A stretch of DNA of 64,000 nucleotides, from contig CAWIMJ010000013.1 in the NCBI GenBank assembly GCA_963837175.1, forward strand, positions 1 to 64,000, in the 5' to 3' direction. Every line of letters begins with the position of its first letter. The stretch's first letter is position 1. This document shows, piece by piece, positions 44,493 through 57,080 of the stretch. The stretch is from an uncultured Nitrososphaeraceae archaeon (GTDB lineage Archaea; Thermoproteota; Nitrososphaeria; Nitrososphaerales; Nitrososphaeraceae). The position numbers and the translations under genes were made by a program. A model generated the notes under the pieces. That model ran no database searches, was not told where the DNA came from, and saw only the letters and a list, made by a program, of their open reading frames with translations.

Positions 44493-45603
44493 TTGTCCTT
44501 TAGATTAATGTATAATGATGTTAATGATGATGATAGATCAAACTTAACGAAAGTAGTAATTATGGCTATGATCTCGGCAACATTTGTTACTAGTTTGATA
44601 ACTTTTAGCTGTAATGCAGAAGCTCAAACTTTTGGTGCTAATAACGATAATAATCATATTAATCCTACATTACTAACTGAATTATTTACAAACGATAAAC
44701 AATCAGCAGTCACAGTTAACATTGCCACTACAACAGATCCTTCTAATGCTATGATAAAAGTTGTGCCATCCCTTATTACTACAAGGTCTTATGTGCATTC
44801 ATATATTGATAACACGAAAGGACTTGGCGCGACACCAGGGATTGTAGAAGGCAGCAATAGGATCACAAGAAACACGAGGTTTTCATGTAACTGATGCTAC
44901 TACCGGCGAAGGTCCTGCTGCTAAAGCACGATTAGTAGGCGGCGATTCACTTACTGACATAAAAGGAAGATATATAGAAGTATCAAGAATTATTAATATT
45001 CCGAAAAATATTCCTAACAGTAGTAGCATACCTGACAGTAGCAATCAAACAACTACTAATATTCCTAGCAGTAGCAATCAAACAACTACTAATATTCCTA
45101 GCAGTAGCAATCAAACAACTGATATATTGACATATCAGAACAGTTCTTATGGTATAACAATTCAGTATCCGGCAAACTGGACAAAAGACGAACGAGATTA
45201 TAGTCCTAATAATACTGTCACTAATATTGTTGCATTCTTCTCTCCAGTTGAAAATACATCTGATACCTACCCAACAAGCCTTGCCATATATATGGAAAGA
45301 TTAACTAACCAAAATATGACTCTAGAAGAATATGCTGCCTCACAAATTACCTACTTTAATAAAACATTAACAGATTTCAATCTTATTGAATCAAATACAA
45401 ATATCACTTTGGGAGGAGGTAATAATCCTGCATATGGATTAATATATACTGATAGAGAAGATGGTAATAATTATAAAACAATGGAAATTGGAACTATAAT
45501 TGGAGACAGAATATACTTCATTAAGTATAGTGCTGAAGAAAAGCAGTATTCTAATTATTTACCAACTATACAGATGATGATCAATTCACTTCAAATAACA
45601 TAG
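44493..45603 (+). CDS. Secreted protein with a C-terminal PsbP-like domain, frameshifted
   Basis: Signal peptide in 44493..44894; TYQNSSYGITIQYPANW...YLPTIQMMINSLQI in 45127..45603, with the frame open further upstream. Confidence 0.65.
45037..45120 (+). repeat. 33-bp tandem repeat (about 2.5 copies, SSNQTTTNIPS)
   Basis: Unit agtagcaatcaaacaactactaatattcctagc repeated. Confidence 0.85.
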
Positions 45604-45699
45604 TGGTGATGATAAAACCTCCTCCTCTTTTATATAAGAGCAACAACTTTGTCATTGAAAAGTCTCATCCTTAATTCCAAACATGGATGATAATATAAA

Positions 45700-46003
45700 A
45701 TATGTACTTTAAAGAAAGTAATTAAATTAGTAGCTGTAATAGTTGGATTATTCTTGATTGGATTAGCATATCTTCAATATTATCAGATAGCTATCATAAA
45801 CTGGAATAGACTTCAGCAGATGTCAGAAGGTGCTATCACAACGGTTTCGAATGTAACAATACTAATTCTAGGTATTAGTGGTAGTATTAGTGTCGATAGC
45901 AGTCATGCTCCTGTATCAGCCTCATTATTGACAATGACTAACTTTGGTATCCCATTAACTGGCAGCATGTCAGCTGGATTTACTCGGATTTATTAAAGGA
46001 TGA
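45700..46003 (+). pseudogene. FUN14-family membrane protein fragment
   Basis: LKKVIKLVAVIVGLFLIGLAYLQY..IA.INW...GSMSAGF; the 5' part is missing. Confidence 0.6.
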
Positions 46004-46796
46004 TAGGAGAGAGTACTAATCTAACTAGCATATTTTGGTGTATGCGCTCAATAGTGTGAATTAGATAAGACAGTAACACATTCATAGGTGATTATATCTT
46101 CCATCCAAATATACTGGACTGAGAACAGCATAGAGGTATAACCATAATGCAAGCTAAAACTGTTTGTTATCAATCTTCTGATAGGAGTAATGATAGTTAG
46201 TTTAATACTTTTCAGTCAAGTATTTACAGCATTAACAGCATCATCATCATCAGACCAGACAGATAAAGAACCTAAAGAATAAAGATATCAAACAGAAATC
46301 AAAGTCAAGTGATACAAAACCCAATGATGAGGATACTATAGGGAAACAAGAAGAAGACGCAGAGAAGCAAGAAAGCAATGATGATACCAGAGAAAGAGAA
46401 TCACAAGATAATGTTATGATAGACGATGATGATATATTAATTCATCTGAAGATGATGATGTACCTTTAGAATTACCCTTTGATAATACAATACCATTTCC
46501 TTAAGTGCCATATATTATTGTTAATTTATGTAATGTACATCACATATTTATGGTAGTTCCTTTCTTTGGAATGACATGTAAATTCAGATTCATATTATAA
46601 ATAATAATTTGATTTGATTCTAGTCCTTGTTTCAATCCTATACTATTACCAATACTGTGGTGGAGACATTTGTTGCTTAACTTCAATTGTAATTTGTTGA
46701 TAATATGTTCTTTTTTGTAATTATGCGGCTATAAAATTAATGATATTCTTCTCTGCTGCATCTCCTCTCTACCTACTCAACCTGTTGTGGTTGTTT

Positions 46797-47402
46797 CTAT
46801 AGATATACCTGATGCATTTGCTCACTTTTTAATTCCTGATCCACACTATTCAATGCCTTCATGGCATTATCTTTATTGTTACTATCTATTGCGGTCATGG
46901 CGTCTTGTACATGGCTCATAATCATTTCCATTGAATTTTGAGGAATCATTACCATAGCACTTTGGTTGACTGCACCACCACCTTCCCCACCTGTCTGATT
47001 AGCTGCTTCGCCGCCATCTGCTGTATCCAAAGCTGGTGGAGTAGTTGGTGATGGTGGTGAGTTCCTGATGATGGACTACCTCCTGGTGATGCCGGTGTTG
47101 GTGGTGCTTGTAATGCTGATGGTGGTGGAGTTCCTGATGATGGACTACCTCCTGGTGATGGCGGTGTTGGTGGTGCTTGTAATGCTGATGGTGGTGAAGT
47201 TCCTGATGATGGACTACCTCCTGGTGATGCCGGTGTTGGTGGTGCTTGTTGACTGTTGCACTTGACCTTGTACTTTAATTTGTAATGTGGGGACAAGAAA
47301 TATTCCGGTTATTAATATAATAGATAATCCCATAACTAATAATTTTGACATATTATGTGTTTTAAGATTATGCTGATGATTATGCATCGATATGTTATTC
47401 AA
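46797..47402 (-). CDS. Secreted Pro/Ser/Gly-rich protein split over three frames
   Basis: Signal peptide, repeat linker and helical C-terminus fall in consecutive overlapping ORFs. Confidence 0.55.
47050..47250. repeat. 69-bp tandem repeat, about 3 copies
   Basis: gttcctgatgatggactacc starts at 47061, 47130 and 47199. Confidence 0.9.
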
Positions 47403-47639
47403 GGAGTAATTAATAAGATTATTGATAATTATTATTCATATAATAGTGATTATATAACATGTCAAGTTTGTAATATACAATTTTCATTTTCATAAGACAT
47501 TATTCAATGGAAGAATTTAAAATACAAATTGATTGTCTAAAGTATTATTATCATTCATAATTGTTGTCACAGAGAAATAAAATTAAAAGGAATTATAGCA
47601 ATCATCCAGTTCCATTATGAGGAATGTATTACGGTGCTG

Positions 47640-47841
47640 GGTGACCGCGATCAACTCTTCCTCCTGTTCCTGGAGTGCCATGACCTCATCCAGACCCAAA
47701 TGTAATTGTACCAGTACCTATTGTATTTTGCACTGCCACTACATCTATTCAATTGAGTTTGTTTGAAACTGACTTTCGTACTGGCTGCTGCATTTGCTTC
47801 TTGTGTAACAAGTACTAGAACTGACAGCGCTAGCGTACTTA
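47640..47841 (-). pseudogene. Small secreted protein gene cut by the IS5 insertion
   Basis: Reads STLALSVLVLVTQEANAAASTKVSFKQTQLNRCSG... starting at the IS boundary. Confidence 0.4.
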
Positions 47842-48475
47842 GAGCCTATCCCAAAATAGATAAACATTTAGCTTGAAAATGCGCTGTTTACACATATGTG
47901 GCTTACAAGACAATCAAACATCTTCAAACTATCAGAAAAATCCCTGATGAGTTATGGGATGAGATAAGACTAATACTTCCACCAGAAAAACCAAATAAGA
48001 CTATAGGACGTCTAGTTCTACCATTTAGAAAGGTTCTTGATGGCATTCTCTATGTTTTAAGAACTGGATATCAGTGGAAGATGTTACCAAAGGAATATGG
48101 CTTTGGTTTTACTACATACATGTCATCATAGACGATTTCTTCAGGAATGGTCAACATCTATGGTATTCCAAAAATTATGGACTAGGCTACTACTACAAGT
48201 CTATGATGATCACGTAGTAGGTATTCAATGGAGATGGCAATCAATCACTTGATAGTATATGTGTGTGAAAGCTCCTTTAATAGGGGTGACTTGACTGGTC
48301 CAAATCCAACTGATAGAGGTAAACTAGGAACAAAACGTCATGTACTAACAGATCAATATGGAATTCCATTATCTGTTCTTCTTATTACTACTACTGCCAA
48401 TACACATATGACATGAAAAGTGCACCAGCAAAAACAACACTTGATAACATAGTAATCATCAAAAGAAGAAGAGAA
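47842..48475 (+). mobile_element. IS5-family element, 3'-truncated and degenerate
   Basis: Left end GAGCCTATCCCAAAAT after TTA; GILYVLRTGYQWKMLP, NPTDRGKLGTKRHVLTD; no right end visible. Confidence 0.85.
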
Positions 48476-48588
48476 TACTAGTTTGCTAGATAGTGATCTA
48501 ATGTAGGTTACCTATTAAAGTCAAAATGTATTATTATTTATGATTTACTTATTAAAAATAATTATTTATTTTATCCTATGGCTAGAAA

Positions 48589-49333
48589 GGCTCTGTTAAC
48601 TTAAGTAAATAGCTATAGCTGCAGATGCTCTCTCTATTCTTCATATTGCTTGCTTTATAGAAAAGGAAATAGAACATCTGTAAAGGATATAGGCTATAGT
48701 TTATACTTACTTATACTTTTTAGGTTTATCATATACAGAAATACTGCAAAAGTACTATCAAAGAGATTTTACAAAAAGAAGTCACATATTTCTATATGAA
48801 AGTGGGTTCAGAATTACAAACCAGAAAAGAAGATATTCTACAATAGCAGGAAGAAAATTTCTGAATTTATAGTTGGTGATGAAACACAAATTAAGATAGG
48901 TAAAGACTATTTCTGGATTTGGGTTGCAATAGAAGAATTGGACAATAAGACTATTGTAGATAGGAATATAATACATCTTTATTTCTATAGAAAGAAATAT
49001 GTTAGTTAGTAGCAGAGCAGTTTCTGCTAGCAAAATATAATAAAAATAAAAAATATGGAAAACATCCAGTTTCATCAGATGGAGGTGTACATTTTACCCA
49101 CACCAGTATGTAAATTTCTGAAATTAAAGCACATCATATCAATTCATCATATGAAAGAAAAGCATCAAGAAAGGATTATTCAATATATTATCAAAGATAG
49201 AACACAGAATTTTGATAACTATTTTCCATGTAATAAGAAGAACAAATGTAAACTAGAGCATGTTGTAAACTGGTTTCAACTATTTGTTGATTAATATAAT
49301 AAGAGGAGGCGATTTGCTTAAGTTAATAGAGCC
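48589..49333 (+). mobile_element. IS6-family element (745 bp) with a degenerate transposase
   Basis: Inverted repeats GGCTCTGTTAACTTAAGTAAAT (20/22 match); 8-bp direct repeat GCTAGAAA; DETQIKIG..YFWIWVAI and DRTQNFDNYFPC fragments. Confidence 0.9.
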
Positions 49334-49605
49334 GCTAGAAATGTAGAGATATAGGTATGTATGAGTGAAGAAAATAGCAATGAGGGTCTTGTAAGTTGAG
49401 AACAAAATAATAGACGCTTTAGATAAATTCTCAAATCCCTCTGTAATAACATTGCGATAAATGTGAGAGTTTTTAGTGCATATGTATGTGTGTTTATATA
49501 TTTATATTGTAATACTCAAATTATCGAAAATATTGAAATATGCTACCAAAATCCAATTTTCAGCATTTTTAAACTTTTGAATAGTATGCGAGTGTCACAT
49601 ACAAT

Positions 49606-49908
49606 CTACACAAACATTAATGAAAGTTGATAGTTATTAACCACTGGACTGATTAGAATGCCATTACCAATCCCATTGGGTAGACTAGGATTATCATTGG
49701 GTAGACTAGGATTATCATTGGGTAGGCTACTACTACTGTTAGGCATATCTTTTGGTATGTTAATAATTCTGCTTACTTCTGAATAGCTTCCTGTTGTTTG
49801 AGCTAACGCTGGAGTGATATGAGCAGCCTCTATTATTATGGTGAATGCTAATATTGCTGATATAAAACAAATACTAACAATTGTGAATTTAGAATTATAC
49901 CTATTCAT
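49606..49908 (-). CDS. Small secreted protein with a 21-bp repeat (LPNDNPS)
   Basis: Signal peptide; shares Y.EVSRIINIPK..PNSSS with the 44.5-45.6 kb gene. Confidence 0.5.
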   Translation of the reverse strand: MNRYNSKFTIVSICFISAILAFTIIIEAAHITPALAQTTGSYSEVSRIINIPKDMPNSSSSLPNDNPSLPNDNPSLPNGIGNGILISPVVNNYQLSLMFV

Positions 49909-50111
49909 ATTAATCTAATACTGACTTAATTTCTATATATATGTAAAGGTTAGCAAAAATTAGACTGGTTTATAATAAGCATATATTGATATATTTGGGC
50001 ATATAGATATTCATTTTTCTAGAATTAAAAAACGATGGGATGCAATCAATGGTCAATAATGATATATATTAAAAACTGCAACTTTTAATAAGTATTTGAT
50101 AATGTTACTTA

Positions 50112-51008
50112 GAGCCTATCCCAAAAATAGATAGACATATAGCTTGAAGATAATCTGCTTATACATGTGACGTATAGGAAAAAGAAACATCTTCCAACCA
50201 TCAGAAAGATTCCAGATGATTTATGAGATGAGATCAAGATAATACTTCCATCAGAAAAACTAGATAAAACTATAGGACGTCCAGTTGTACCATTTAGAAA
50301 AGTATTAGATGGCATTCTCTATGTTTTAAGAACTGGATGTCAGTGGAAGATGTTGCCTGAGGAGTATGGTTCTGGTTCTACATGTCATAGACGATTTCAG
50401 GAATGGACAGTGTCTAAAGTATTTCAGAAATTGTGGGTTAGGCTGTTGGAAGTATATATGATAATCTCAGAGGTATTAGTTGGCTTTGGCAGTCCCTTGA
50501 CAGTGTGTCTATAAAGACACCTTTAGGGGGGACATGACTGGTCTAAATTCAACTGATAGAGGAGGCAAACTAGGAACAAAGCGTCACGTACTAACAGACA
50601 AGAAAGGTATTCCATTATCTGTTCTTATCACTGCTCAAATACACATGATATGAAGGCTGCAATAAAAACAATAGATGGATGGTATTTTGATAAAAAGAAG
50701 AAGAATATCTTCACAGAAACAGAACCTGTGTCTTGACAAAGGATATGATTTTCAGGAGATAGAACATGAGTCTATCAAAAGATACTATATACCACACATA
50801 CGTCAGAGAGGAGAAGATAGTAGCTTGATTAAGAATAATGATGGATTTCATGTGAGTAGAAGATGGGTTGTTGAAAGAACAAACTCATGGCATAACAAAT
50901 TCAGGAAACTACTTGTAAGATATGAAAAGAAAGCAGAGAATTACCTTGGATTGGTACAATTAGCTTGTTGCATTATAGTATCTAGGAGGATAATTTTGGG
51001 ATAGGCTC
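50112..51008 (+). mobile_element. Full-length IS5-family element with an inactivated transposase
   Basis: Inverted repeats GAGCCTATCCCAAAA / TTTTGGGATAGGCTC; TTA 3-bp duplication; internal TGA and frameshifts; DKGYD, RWVVERTNSW. Confidence 0.92.
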
Positions 51009-51117
51009 TTAAATATGAAATAAAGATGTATAATCTTCGCAGGAAAGGCTTTTATATTCTTATACCTTTAACCAGATAGTGATTCTACAGAATTTCACTA
51101 TATATCTAGCAGAATTC

Positions 51118-51786
51118 ATGTTATTCAAAAAGGATTACTTATAAGACAATCGATTTCTTTAGCGTTATTGTTACTACTTGTTGGAGGAGGCGGAGTAGGC
51201 GTATTATTACCAGTACCAACCGTATCAGCGCAGAAGTCAAATTTTGAAAATAATGAGGATTTTGACCATACGCAGGATACTGATAATGGAGAAAGAAAAG
51301 TTATTACTACAGGACCTAATGTAGTGACTGGCCAACACACTGCCAACAACACATGGAGATGATACAATAACAGGTAACAATGATGGTGATGAGATAAGAG
51401 GAACCGATAATGATGATACCATAATTGGTACATTTCTTAATGACATATTAGTAGGTCGTGGTGGAGACGATACCTTGAATGGTGCCTATGGTTCAGATAC
51501 AATAGAAGGTAATGATGGCGACGATACAGTACAAGGAGCAGAACTAGATGATCAAATCTATGGAGGCAAAGGAAATGATGTCCTTTCTGGTGGACTCGGA
51601 AATGACTATATCTCAGGTGGAGATGGAAAAGATGAATTGTATGGTGACTTTCTTGACGATACTCTAAGAGGAGGACCTGGTCCAGATTACTTTGACTGTG
51701 GAGATGGTTTTGATGTAATATTAGACTATGACAAAGCTGAAGGTGATGTCTATACAATGAACTGTGAAGTAATAAATAGCGTGTAA
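51118..51786 (+). CDS. Secreted calcium-binding (RTX-like GGxGxD repeat) protein, copy 1, frameshifted near 51340
   Basis: GGKGNDVLSGGLGNDYISGGDGKD; the N-terminal part lies in a different frame. Confidence 0.7.
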
Positions 51787-52849
51787 TAGTAAAGTATAGT
51801 AGTAAATATACATAAGTATATTTATACAATTTTTTTATAACATTCTACTATCTCTATATTATTGTCCAGTGTACACTTACATAAATATGAAGGCTTATTA
51901 TTTTCTTATAGAAAAATTACTGACCTTGTGCCAGTAACAAAAGAGAACGCCAGATAATCAGAAAAGAGACTATTCCTTAAATAATATTATTGATATACTT
52001 CTAACTAACTATGGTTATGTTTATTATTAATTTTATAAAAATATATATATCTGTTATGAATTCAGTATTATTTTAAGTAAATATATTATTAATACTTCAA
52101 AGGAGATATATAAACAACTCAACTTTAGTAATGGTGCAATCTTAGGTTGTAACAAACTATAGTAACACTAGTTGTGCCACCTATTGCATGCACCAAGTGC
52201 ATCCTATGCGACATCAATTTCAGACAATTTTAGGAGAATGAATGCAGTAGCGTTAGGACTATGTAACTACTGGCACAATAATAATGGTTAGAAGTTAAGA
52301 ATAACTGCAAGTCACAATTCTAATTTTTTTAAATAATTATCTACGATTATAGCAATGGCAGTTTTTTAAATCCTCAATACAATATTAAAATCTTATTCAA
52401 CAAGTAAGAGTTTTTAATAAACTGTGAAAACTGATATGCTAGGGATCTATATTTTTGTCCCATGTTCTGTGTAGGGTTCATAAGTAATATCAGGTTATAT
52501 CAGAAATATAATTGTTCTTTTGATAACTTCCTCAATGCTTTTCTATAAAATATCTATTCTAATAGACAATTAGACTTATTCTAATACTCTTAATCTCTTC
52601 ATCTTGAATTTAAGATGTGATATCATTTTATTAAAGGAATAGATCATCCCTTCACAGGTAATCTTATTTTTTATGTTCATTATAGTGTGATTTCTTATTG
52701 AAGAAGAGGAGTGTGTTATAACTATAGACATTAAAAGTAATAAAATAATTAAACTAGTTTCGTATAATATTGTCTATCCTATTTCTCATATTTATATTTT
52801 AGGTGATATGATTCGAATCAGTTATTATCTATGAAAGATAGCTATCTCA

Positions 52850-53578
52850 ATGTCAGGAAGCTTTCCTTCAACAACAGCAATGATGATAATAATAACAATA
52901 GTTGTTGGCTCAATATTGATACTTGTTGCATTTTCATTACCATTTGTTGTAGTTGTATCAGCTGATGATGGCTCAAATGGAATGAGTGTACCATCGGTTG
53001 TAAGTAGTGTATCATCTCTTGTTATAGACAATAATCATGAAGACTTTGATAATTTTGATCACACTCATGATACTGGTAGTACTGAGAGAAAAGTTATTAC
53101 TACAGGACCTGGTGTAGCAACTAGCAACACACTACCAACACATCCAGGCGATAATACAATAACAGGTAACAATGATGGTGATGAGATAAGAGGAACCGAT
53201 AATGATGATACCATAATTGGTACATTTCTTAATGACAGATTATTTGGTCTTGATGGAGACGATACCTTGAATGGTGCCTATGGTTCAGATACAATAGAAG
53301 GTAATGATGGTGACGATACAGTACAAGGAGCAGAACTAGATGATCAAATCTATGGAGGCAAAGGAAATGATGTCCTTTCTGGTGGATTCGGAAATGACTA
53401 TATCTCAGGTGGAGATGGAAAAGATGAATTGTATGGTGACTTTCTTGACGATACTCTAAGAGGAGGACCTGGTCCAGATTACTTTGACTGCGGAGATGGT
53501 TTTGATGTAATATTAGACTATGACAAAGCTGAAGGTGATGTCTATACAACGAATTGTGAAGTAATAAATAGTGTGTAA
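52850..53578 (+). CDS. Secreted calcium-binding (RTX-like) protein, copy 2
   Basis: Signal or transmembrane segment followed by nonapeptide GGxGxD repeats; near-identical to copy 1. Confidence 0.85.
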   Translation: MSGSFPSTTAMMIIITIVVGSILILVAFSLPFVVVVSADDGSNGMSVPSVVSSVSSLVIDNNHEDFDNFDHTHDTGSTERKVITTGPGVATSNTLPTHPGDNTITGNNDGDEIRGTDNDDTIIGTFLNDRLFGLDGDDTLNGAYGSDTIEGNDGDDTVQGAELDDQIYGGKGNDVLSGGFGNDYISGGDGKDELYGDFLDDTLRGGPGPDYFDCGDGFDVILDYDKAEGDVYTTNCEVINSV

Positions 53579-55238
53579 TAGTAAAGTATAGTAGTAAATA
53601 TACACAGACGTACTAATGTAAATTTTTTATATCTTATATTCCTATACATGTCTTATTTAAAAATGTGTATTATAAGACCTTCAAATATAAAAAATAGTTG
53701 ATGAAAAATATTCCATATATTTTAAAGCAAAAAGGGAAGGATATTCTTAAAAGCTAGGAGTTGAGATAAAAGAAGAGAGAGTCGCAAAATAGTTAAGTTT
53801 TATTAAAGATGGATAGTTAACCTTAATGTAACCTGTTAAAGGCTTCAAGATATTGGTGATTTTGTTGTCAGTAAACCGGAATTATATTTTGTATATTCTT
53901 AATGAGCGTAAATATTATTTGCAATCTAATCTAATGCTTATATCCATCAGAGATAACTTAATTTTCTAAAAGTATTTTGTCTGTCTATAAACAAGACGGG
54001 GGATCTTGTTTTAATGTTTGCTGATAGGACTGGAACTTGTTGGTATTATGTCACATGCACTTTCAACCAAATGAAGCAGAAAGGGCTGGAGATCCAAAAA
54101 AATTCTGCTTCAAATGCAAAATGAATTGAAGTGAGTTGAAGTTAACAAAAGTAATAATAAATGATTATGTCGTAATGTCTCATTGCTGCTGAATATATAT
54201 ACTAACTAACAAAAGTTCGTTTACAGATTTTTCTTAATATGTAAGGTTTACTATGCTTAAAAAATCCTTTTACTTGGTTTTAAAAGATATACGAAATTAT
54301 GTTAGGCAGTATAGCTAATGATAATCGTAGCGTCGCTACTATCACGACGGTCCCAGCCACTGTTTCCGATGGAGTAAGATTGATTTAGATAACTCTGCAG
54401 ACGTTGCTAACATTTATAAAATCAGATATCCAATTTAAGCAACAAAAGAAATAGAAACAATAAATGCGAATTGGGCCGGCTTGATTATTGTTAAATGTTA
54501 TCGATACTATTTGTGGGCCCATGAGATTGTGAATCATATGTTTGAGATACTTCATATACAACAATGATAGTAGTCAAAATACATTTTCTCATGAGGCTAT
54601 GATTTCTTTATAAAAAGTAGGATTTCTGTTGCTTAATTCTTCATTTAAAAAGCTGTGTGAACGTGACTATGATACTCTCTCAGAAGTAATCAATTAGCCG
54701 TCTTTGATATCTAAATCTATTGATTATTTTCTTTACTTGTTATGTTTTTCTTGCTGCCATTATAACTGTTATGTCTAATCTATACACCGGGAGCTATAGC
54801 AGGATCCCAATCTGGATTGCAGTCTTCATCTAGGTCAGAAGTACTATCGACGCATTTATAGTCCGATTTGTCTTCTTCAGATCGTGAAGCATTTGACTTA
54901 TGTGTTCAAATCAAGAGTAGTTCTATCAACATAAACAAATTCTTTATACAGCCATTTTATGGTTTTAAGAAGTAAAAATTTTGGAGTCATATTTTTATAA
55001 AGGATCGAGTGGGATTCAAAATAAAATTGACGAATATTTTGGCCCATGATTGAGATAGATTGGAATAGTTTTAATTCAGAAGACTATATTTTTCCATTTT
55101 AATAAATAACTGGTTCATGTTCGGTGAGGGAATGCAAGACAAATTTGACTCTATTTTGCAACTCAGAACTGTATTGTAGACCCATTGCATAGGTTAAGAA
55201 CTGCTTTAATTCCTCAAAAAAATAAAAAGATAATAGAA

Positions 55239-55407
55239 TTAAGATCTCTTAATATGGGATCTTATTTTCTGTCTTAATTCAGGGATCATCAAGTCTTCTG
55301 TCTTATATCCATATCTCTTATAGCATGTTCTTCAGTAGTTCTAATAATTTCCTCGTCTGTTTCATCCTTGTAACGTAGTCACAGTCCATTCTTACCTCGT
55401 GGGTCAT
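55239..55407 (-). pseudogene. DUF1059-like small metal-binding protein remnant
   Basis: Manual translation MDCDYV..ETDEEII...EEHA...ELRQKIRSHIKRS across frameshifts. Confidence 0.5.
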
Positions 55408-56159
55408 GAGATAGTTAACATTATTTCTTTGTTAAGACTAGCTATAACAAATTAATATAAATAAATCTACAATGACACAAAGTAAATGCTTACTGCAAAA
55501 TTCTGCAGGTTCGATGAGATTAGTTCCCTGCATGTAAAAGAATTATGTTGATCTATTTTGCATTTATACATTGCTTTAGAAGTGAAAACATCTTCACAAA
55601 AAGCAGGAACAGAACTTAAGGTTAAAAAAGCAGATTGACTTTTATTTCTACTTCTAAATCATCTTTTTATCAATAGCTGGGTTAAAATTTTTAGGATCTA
55701 AATGTATTATCCATTAATCGTATATTCTTAATAGTCTAGATGTTATATCTTCTTATTTCTGATCTTTTTAAAAGTTTTAGATATTTCAATTCAGTGGGAT
55801 AAATAACTGCAGGAAGATTAAACCAATAATGTTTCAGGTTCATGATCCACCTGCTAGTGCAATAATAAAAGTCTTGGAATAAATACTGATCTCACATTAA
55901 GTCTAGACAAAATCTCATGAATTCTAATATAGTTGGAATATTTCAAGATTCCCCATTTATAGATATAACTATTTATTTTTCAATTACGGAAACCATCTGC
56001 GGGATATATGATTTGTTTTCTGATTTTGAATTAATCTTTGCTAACAGTGTACTTTCATTTTGGACTTTTACCTTTTTAACATGGTTGGCTATTTACGGGA
56101 TAAATAAATGCTACAACAAAATAGTTTGAATTTGATCGTTGCCTATTGTAGCGTAAAGT

Positions 56160-57080
56160 TTACCTGCTTTTAGATTCACAGCAATACCAGATGGGCCTTC
56201 TGATGGTGCTCGCGGCCAAGTTCAGCTTATCATCAAAGCCCTTTAATCCCCACTTTGTAATGAATTTACCATCACCGGTAAACTTTTGAATGCGATTATT
56301 GTTCTGATCGACTACGTACACATTACTTAAGGAATCTACAGCAATACCGCCATCTGGATACCAGAATTCTCTGTCACCTGGACTTGGACATACTCCATAA
56401 AATGTAGGATACAATGGAGGTGAAATGCATTTAGATCCCCACTTTGTAATGAATTTACCATCACCGGTAAACTTTTGAATGCGATTATTGTTCTGATCGA
56501 CTACGTACACATTACTTAAGGAATCTACAGCAACGCCTTTTGGATTAATAAATTGACCATCATCAGAGCCATGAGAGCCCCACTTTGTAATGAATTTACC
56601 ATCACCGGTAAACTTTTGAATGCGATTATTGTTCTGATCGACTACGTACACATTACTTAAGGAATCTACAGCAACACCAGTAGGAAAGCGGAATTGACCA
56701 TCATCAAAGCCCTTTAATCCCCACTTTGTAATGAATTTACCATCACCGGTAAACTTTTGGATTCTGTTGGTAGCAACATCAGATATGTATACATTACCTG
56801 AAGAGTCGATAGCAATACCAGTAGGAAAGAGGAATTGACCATCATCAGAGCCATGAGAGCCCCACTTTGTAATGAATTTACCATCACCGGTAAGCTTTAG
56901 AATGAGATCATTCCAAGAATCAATTACATATACATTACCTGAAGAGTCGATAGCAACACCAGTAGGATAGTAGAGTAGTATGTAATCCTCTTTTGTTGAA
57001 TATACCATGGAAATACCACTTATTGTAGATCCAACCAAAACTAAAGCCAGTAAGAAGAACAATATTATTTTCTTTTTCAT
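56160..57080 (-). CDS. Secreted NHL-repeat beta-propeller protein with an abrupt C-terminus
   Basis: Repeated PTGVAVDS..NVYV.D..NNRIQKFTGDGKFITKWG; 141-bp DNA periodicity. Confidence 0.9.
   Translation of the reverse strand: MKKKIILFFLLALVLVGSTISGISMVYSTKEDYILLYYPTGVAIDSSGNVYVIDSWNDLILKLTGDGKFITKWGSHGSDDGQFLFPTGIAIDSSGNVYISDVATNRIQKFTGDGKFITKWGLKGFDDGQFRFPTGVAVDSLSNVYVVDQNNNRIQKFTGDGKFITKWGSHGSDDGQFINPKGVAVDSLSNVYVVDQNNNRIQKFTGDGKFITKWGSKCISPPLYPTFYGVCPSPGDREFWYPDGGIAVDSLSNVYVVDQNNNRIQKFTGDGKFITKWGLKGFDDKLNLAASTIRRPIWYCCESKSR

Noticed and set aside
5650-50230. TGA at expected Trp positions (5659 and about 50224) as a sign of an alternative genetic code
   Set aside because: Both lie in decayed genes; intact genes use TGG for Trp and TGA as stop (e.g. 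nrdJ).
53600-55200. Long ORF-free stretch
   Set aside because: No repeats, extended stems or recognisable gene remnants found by eye.
45037-57000. Tandem repeats as a possible CRISPR array
   Set aside because: Units of 21, 33, 69 and 141 bp are multiples of three, coding and lack unique spacers; no cas genes are present.
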